DNA from: a virus
Lineage: Duplodnaviria; Caudoviricetes
DNA: 37,321 nt
Strand: one strand, 5' to 3'
IMG/VR virus record: IMGVR_UViG_3300020045_012307
Span: 1 to 37,321 of that record
Shown here: positions 34,045 through 37,321 of the stretch, piece by piece
How the letters are laid out: every line of letters begins with the position of its first letter
Numbering within the stretch: the stretch's first letter is position 1
Made by a program: the position numbers and the translations under genes
Notes under the pieces: model-generated
What the model saw: only the letters and a program-made list of their open reading frames with translations
Databases searched by the model: none
Told to the model about the DNA's origin: nothing

Positions 34045-34584
34045 ATGAAGAAGTTAATCCTAATTGCGTCTGTCATTGTTGCCTTGTCAGGCTGTTCTGT
34101 TAATAAAGATTGGGTAGCAACGGGCGGTAGTCGTGCTGATGCGACTATTAAATTGTCTTATGACTTCACCTCTGGTCAGGATGTACATGTTTCTGAAAAG
34201 CAAGCGATTGAGTTGGCAAAAAAGAGGTGTGGTGTCTGGGGATATTCTGGGGCTGAGGCATTCGGTGGTGCAACAACGACTTGCAATAAAGCAGGAATGT
34301 GGGGGTGTGAGGAAGGGATGATTACTAAAGAATATCAATGTTTAGGACAAGGCAATGCCGTTGCGCCTACTAATGCACCGCCAACCTCTTACTATCAACC
34401 AGCACCTGTACCTGCACAGCAAGCCCAGCCTGTACCAGTTGCTCAGCCTATCTATCAGCCCATAGCAGAAAATACAGCACCAAGCTACCAACAACCTCAG
34501 TCTGGGCAGTCAGGGAAAGATTTAAGAGGTTGCCTTGCTTTGGCTGGGGATGAGGCGATTGCTAAATGCGTTAGGGGTAGGTAG
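34045..34584 (+). CDS. yecR: YecR-like lipoprotein with Pro/Gln-rich linker and small Cys-pair C-terminal domain
   Basis: Lipobox LSGC; ATGGSRAD.T..LSY, A.KRC..WGY..AEAFGG, T.EYQC. Confidence 0.85.
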   Translation: MKKLILIASVIVALSGCSVNKDWVATGGSRADATIKLSYDFTSGQDVHVSEKQAIELAKKRCGVWGYSGAEAFGGATTTCNKAGMWGCEEGMITKEYQCLGQGNAVAPTNAPPTSYYQPAPVPAQQAQPVPVAQPIYQPIAENTAPSYQQPQSGQSGKDLRGCLALAGDEAIAKCVRGR

Positions 34585-34588
34585 TCTT

Positions 34589-34891
34589 ATGAAGCCAAGA
34601 CATTTTGTATTGTTAGCTTGTGTCGCTTTATTTGTTCTTTGGGTCATCAATGTACGTCAGGAAAATAAGAAGGAAATTGCACGCTATAAGCTGCAAAATG
34701 AACTATTTGAAATACAACATCAGGCGAATATTCATGAGTGCATAAAACATGGTATTCAAGAGTATAAGGATATGGAAGCTTACCCTAGGCTGACTACGAC
34801 AGGAGAATTGGCAATAGATGTGATTACAAAAGCGTGTAATTACAACGATGATATTTATCATAGTAGCGTTTATGACAGTAACGTTAAATAA
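34589..34891 (+). CDS. Small single-TM membrane protein
   Basis: N-terminal hydrophobic helix; AT-rich moron position. Confidence 0.65.
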   Translation: MKPRHFVLLACVALFVLWVINVRQENKKEIARYKLQNELFEIQHQANIHECIKHGIQEYKDMEAYPRLTTTGELAIDVITKACNYNDDIYHSSVYDSNVK

Positions 34892-34894
34892 TTT

Positions 34895-34925
34895 TTGACA
34901 CCGTAGGGTTTTCGGGGGGTATGCT
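34895..34925 (+). promoter_or_regulatory. Putative sigma70 promoter for the antisense-RNA/antirepressor unit
   Basis: TTGACA 34895-34900 and TATGCT 34920-34925; the 19-bp spacer is long and includes a G6 run. Confidence 0.5.
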
Positions 34926-35036
34926 TTGTTTAGAGTCTTAGAAAGCTCCCCCAAAGCGTTTCCCACACACGAAAGCCATGTGGTTTTTTTATGCCTAGCG
35001 ATTTCTGCAATCGTACCTCATGGTACAATTGCGCTT

Positions 35037-35108
35037 GTGGTTAGGAGTGACACGAATATATTGAATAAGTGTCGCCGCACTTTGGGCGGTTTCTAAGCTC
35101 CTAACTGC
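35037..35108 (+). ncRNA. C4/CI-like antisense RNA (cloverleaf)
   Basis: Outer stem GTGGTTAGGAG/CTCCTAACTGC; inner stems TGACAC/GTGTCG and CCGC/GCGG. TTTCTAAG is complementary to 34937-34944 and 35127-35134. CTTTGGG is complementary to 34950-34956 and partly to 35139-35143. Confidence 0.8.
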
Positions 35109-35155
35109 ACCCTTCGGGGTACTTCTCTTAGAAAAGAACCAAAAGGTAAATCACC

Positions 35156-35896
35156 ATGACTACTCGATTAGTCCCTATCTATGCTGGCACACTCGCTGGC
35201 GAACCAACAGAACTTGTTAATGCCCGTGAATTGCATAAGTTTTTAGAAGTTGAATCACGATTCAATGACTGGATTGCAATCCGTATTAGTGAGTATGATT
35301 TCGTTGAAAATCAAGACTTTATTAGTTTTACTGAAAATTCAGTAAAACCCCAAGGCGGTCGTCCAAGCAAGGAATACCACATTACCCTAGACATGGCAAA
35401 AGAGCTATCTATGGTAGAGCGCAACGCTAAAGGCAAACAAGCCCGTCGTTACTTCATCGACTGTGAAAAATCCCTGTACTACAACGCCCTACCCAGCTTA
35501 CTAAGCCCACCCAGCAAAACCATGACCGTGCCTGAGTTTCGCCAATGGCAAGCCAGCGTAAAAACCACCCTAAACCTCGCCATTAAAACATCGGTAGAAA
35601 GCATCACCATTATCACCAGTGCAGATGACTACCTTGACTTAATGATGGGGAAAAATACCCCAGATACCAGCAAACTCATAAAAGGCATAGAGTCCAACGA
35701 ACCACGCCCCGCCACTAAAGAAACCCTACCAGAGAGTCATAAGCCACGAATGTGGCGAAAAAATGAAATTCAGCAACTCACAGCCTATCATGAAGCTGGA
35801 TTATCTTATGAAGATATTGGAATAAAATTAGGGCGTAGCATCCATTCTGTGAGTAATGCGGTTTATCGTTATGTGACTAAAGGCGGTGTAGCATGA
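35156..35896 (+). CDS. AntA/AntB-family antirepressor with C-terminal HTH
   Basis: VNARELH.FL.V...F.DWI..RI.EY.F.EN.DF, GGRP.KEY.ITLDMAKELSMVER..KG.QARRYFI.CE. Confidence 0.9.
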   Translation: MTTRLVPIYAGTLAGEPTELVNARELHKFLEVESRFNDWIAIRISEYDFVENQDFISFTENSVKPQGGRPSKEYHITLDMAKELSMVERNAKGKQARRYFIDCEKSLYYNALPSLLSPPSKTMTVPEFRQWQASVKTTLNLAIKTSVESITIITSADDYLDLMMGKNTPDTSKLIKGIESNEPRPATKETLPESHKPRMWRKNEIQQLTAYHEAGLSYEDIGIKLGRSIHSVSNAVYRYVTKGGVA

Positions 35897-36090
35897 GCAT
35901 CAATAACATGGCTACCAGTGATTTAATGGAGACGCTAGACAATTCGATTAATGCCCTAAGAACGCTCTCAAGCCTATGCGGTTCAAGCACAGAAAACGAC
36001 CTAAACAGCCTATACTGGTTACTCGCCCCCATCGTCGAAAAACAAGAGCAAACGATGGCGGATTTATGGAAAGCAGAAGCTAAAAAATAA
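35893..36090 (+). CDS. Small hypothetical protein coupled to the antirepressor
   Basis: ATGA overlap; ends just before the terminator. Confidence 0.6.
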   Translation: MSINNMATSDLMETLDNSINALRTLSSLCGSSTENDLNSLYWLLAPIVEKQEQTMADLWKAEAKK

Positions 36091-36104
36091 CCCAAAACCC
36101 AAAC

Positions 36105-36143
36105 AAAAAAGCCGTGTGACTGTCACCAGTCATACGGCTTTTT
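36105..36143. terminator. Bidirectional rho-independent terminator
   Basis: AAAAAAGCCGTGTGACTG-TCAC-CAGTCATACGGCTTTTT. Confidence 0.85.
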
Positions 36144-36245
36144 CATTCTCAGTATTTAGAGCGTTAAACCACCTGTTAAACAGGTCAAAAATCACTCAAA
36201 CCAAGACAAGTTTTAACGGTTTTTGGGGTATTTTTTGAAAACAAA

Positions 36246-36295
36246 GTGTGCAGAATGTTTTGTAAAATGTGTGCGAAACATTTTGTGAATTTACA
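36246..36295 (+). repeat. Prophage right end (attR): two tandem 23-bp transposase-binding-like sites and terminal CA
   Basis: GTGTGCAGAATGTTTTGTAAAAT (36246-36268), GTGTGCGAAACATTTTGTGAATT (36269-36291), then TACA; host coding sequence follows. Confidence 0.8.
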
Positions 36296-37217
36296 TTAGC
36301 CATCGAAACGCAGTTACTGGAGCGATTGATTAAACAAGGCGGCTGTTCACAACATCCGCCTGTGGCTGGATTTGAAATTGAAGCGTGGTTATTGGATGAG
36401 ACCATGCGCCCTGCACCCTATAATGAAGCGTATTTAGCGTCTTTTAATAATCCTTTAGCATCGGCTGAGCTGGCAAAATTCAATATTGAGATGAATACGC
36501 CGCCTGTGTCTTTAGAATGCGACGCGCTGAGTCAATTAGATGATGATTTACTCTACACTTGGCAACAAGCCGATCAACATGCACAATCGATGCGGCTTCA
36601 GTTAATGATGATTGGTTGTTTACCTACCTCACGGCAGGATGATTTTCATTTGGGCAATATGTCGAATATGAACCGTTATCGGGCATTAAATGAGCAAACG
36701 ATGAAAATTCGTCATCAACAACCCATTCATTTGGACATTCAAGGTCATGAGCATCTAAAAATCGACCATCATGATGTGATGATAGAAGCGGCGGCGACTT
36801 CGTTTCAATTACACTTGCAATGCCCGTTAAGCCTCGCAGTGCCTTATTACAATGCTTCGATTTTGGCTTCCGCGCCGATGGTTGGCTTGTGTGCAAACGC
36901 GCCATTGGTGTTTGGTAAAGATTTATGGCAGGAATCGCGGATTCCATTGTTTGAGCAATCTGTTCGTGCGGGCGGCTTTGGTGGTGCGGCGCAAGGGCCG
37001 TTATGGCGCGTTAGTTTTGGTTCAGATTTTGCGCGGCATTCTATTTTTGAATGTTTCGCGGAAAATCTGGCGCATTTTCCCGTGTTATTGCCAGAGCGTT
37101 TCACGACTAAGCCCGAACAATTTCAATATTTACGGTTGCATAATGGCACGATTTGGCGATGGAATAGACCATTGGTCGGCTTTGATGACGATGGCACGCC
37201 GCATATTCGTGTTGAAC
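36296..37217 (+). pseudogene. Host glutamate-cysteine ligase family 2 (GCS2)-like gene; 5' part displaced by the prophage and 3' part cut by the inverted segment
   Basis: GFEIEAWL, ELAKFNIE.N, EAAATSFQLHLQ, NAP..FG..LW.ESRIPLFEQS, HNGTIWRWNRP, H.RVE; no native start or stop. Confidence 0.85.
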
Positions 37218-37321
37218 TAACAGTCTAGCAGACTTACTAGGCTACAATTCCGCACTGATCGTAATTATCCGTCCTGATGTGCCATCGCCTCTGAGTAAAC
37301 ACCCATTGCCGACATTACCCG
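37211..37321 (-). repeat. Exact inverted copy of 33912-34022 (3' end of tail fibre gene and downstream), running off the window end
   Basis: 111-bp reverse-complement identity. Confidence 0.97.

Larger units (their letters stand above)
1509..36295 (+). mobile_element. Mu-like transposable prophage with siphovirus-type tail; left end missing
   Basis: Repressor/ner/DDE transposase/AAA ATPase/GemA/Mor/gp26-gp27-gp28 gene order, a complete head-tail module, and a right end with tandem repeats terminating in CA at 36295 inside a host gene. Confidence 0.93.

Noticed and set aside
35037-35108. tRNA
   Set aside because: Only two inner arms, no TTCRA T-loop and no CCA; it fits a C4-like RNA better.
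33116-36295. Mu G-segment inversion system, com/mom
   Set aside because: No serine invertase, gix-like inverted repeats, reverse-strand fibre genes or mom-like ORF.
33912-37321. Diversity-generating retroelement (TR/VR) at the tail fibre C-terminus
   Set aside because: The second copy is identical with no adenine-specific mismatches, and no reverse transcriptase is present.

Overview
Most of the window (~1509-36295) is a near-complete Mu-like transposable prophage with a long non-contractile (siphovirus-type) tail. From left to right it encodes: a repressor and ner-like switch, a DDE transposase, a MuB-like AAA ATPase, a variable early region (DUF3164, DUF2786, GemA, small AT-rich ORFs), a Mor/C-type activator, Mu gp25-gp28-like packaging genes, and a head module that is not Mu-like (different portal, F-like protein, scaffold, epsilon15-like capsid). 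These are followed by the tail tube, chaperone, tape measure, DUF2460/DUF2163/NlpC-P60/tip/fibre genes, a YecR-like lipoprotein moron and an AntA antirepressor. The right end is intact (tandem 23-bp sites, ...TTTACA-3' at 36295) and interrupts a host glutamate-cysteine ligase-like gene. The left end is missing. Three abrupt joins (~1210, ~1508, 37211) suggest amplification or assembly chimeras; the last is an exact 111-bp inverted copy of 33912-34022. The most notable non-coding features are: a P1 C4/P4 CI-like cloverleaf antisense RNA with upstream and downstream target boxes in front of the antirepressor; five different REP-like palindrome families, two read in frame inside proteins and one preceding small AT-rich ORFs; a five-copy 11-bp motif cluster at the ner-transposase boundary; and two matching activator-type late promoters. 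All family assignments come from motif recognition and gene order, not from database searches.
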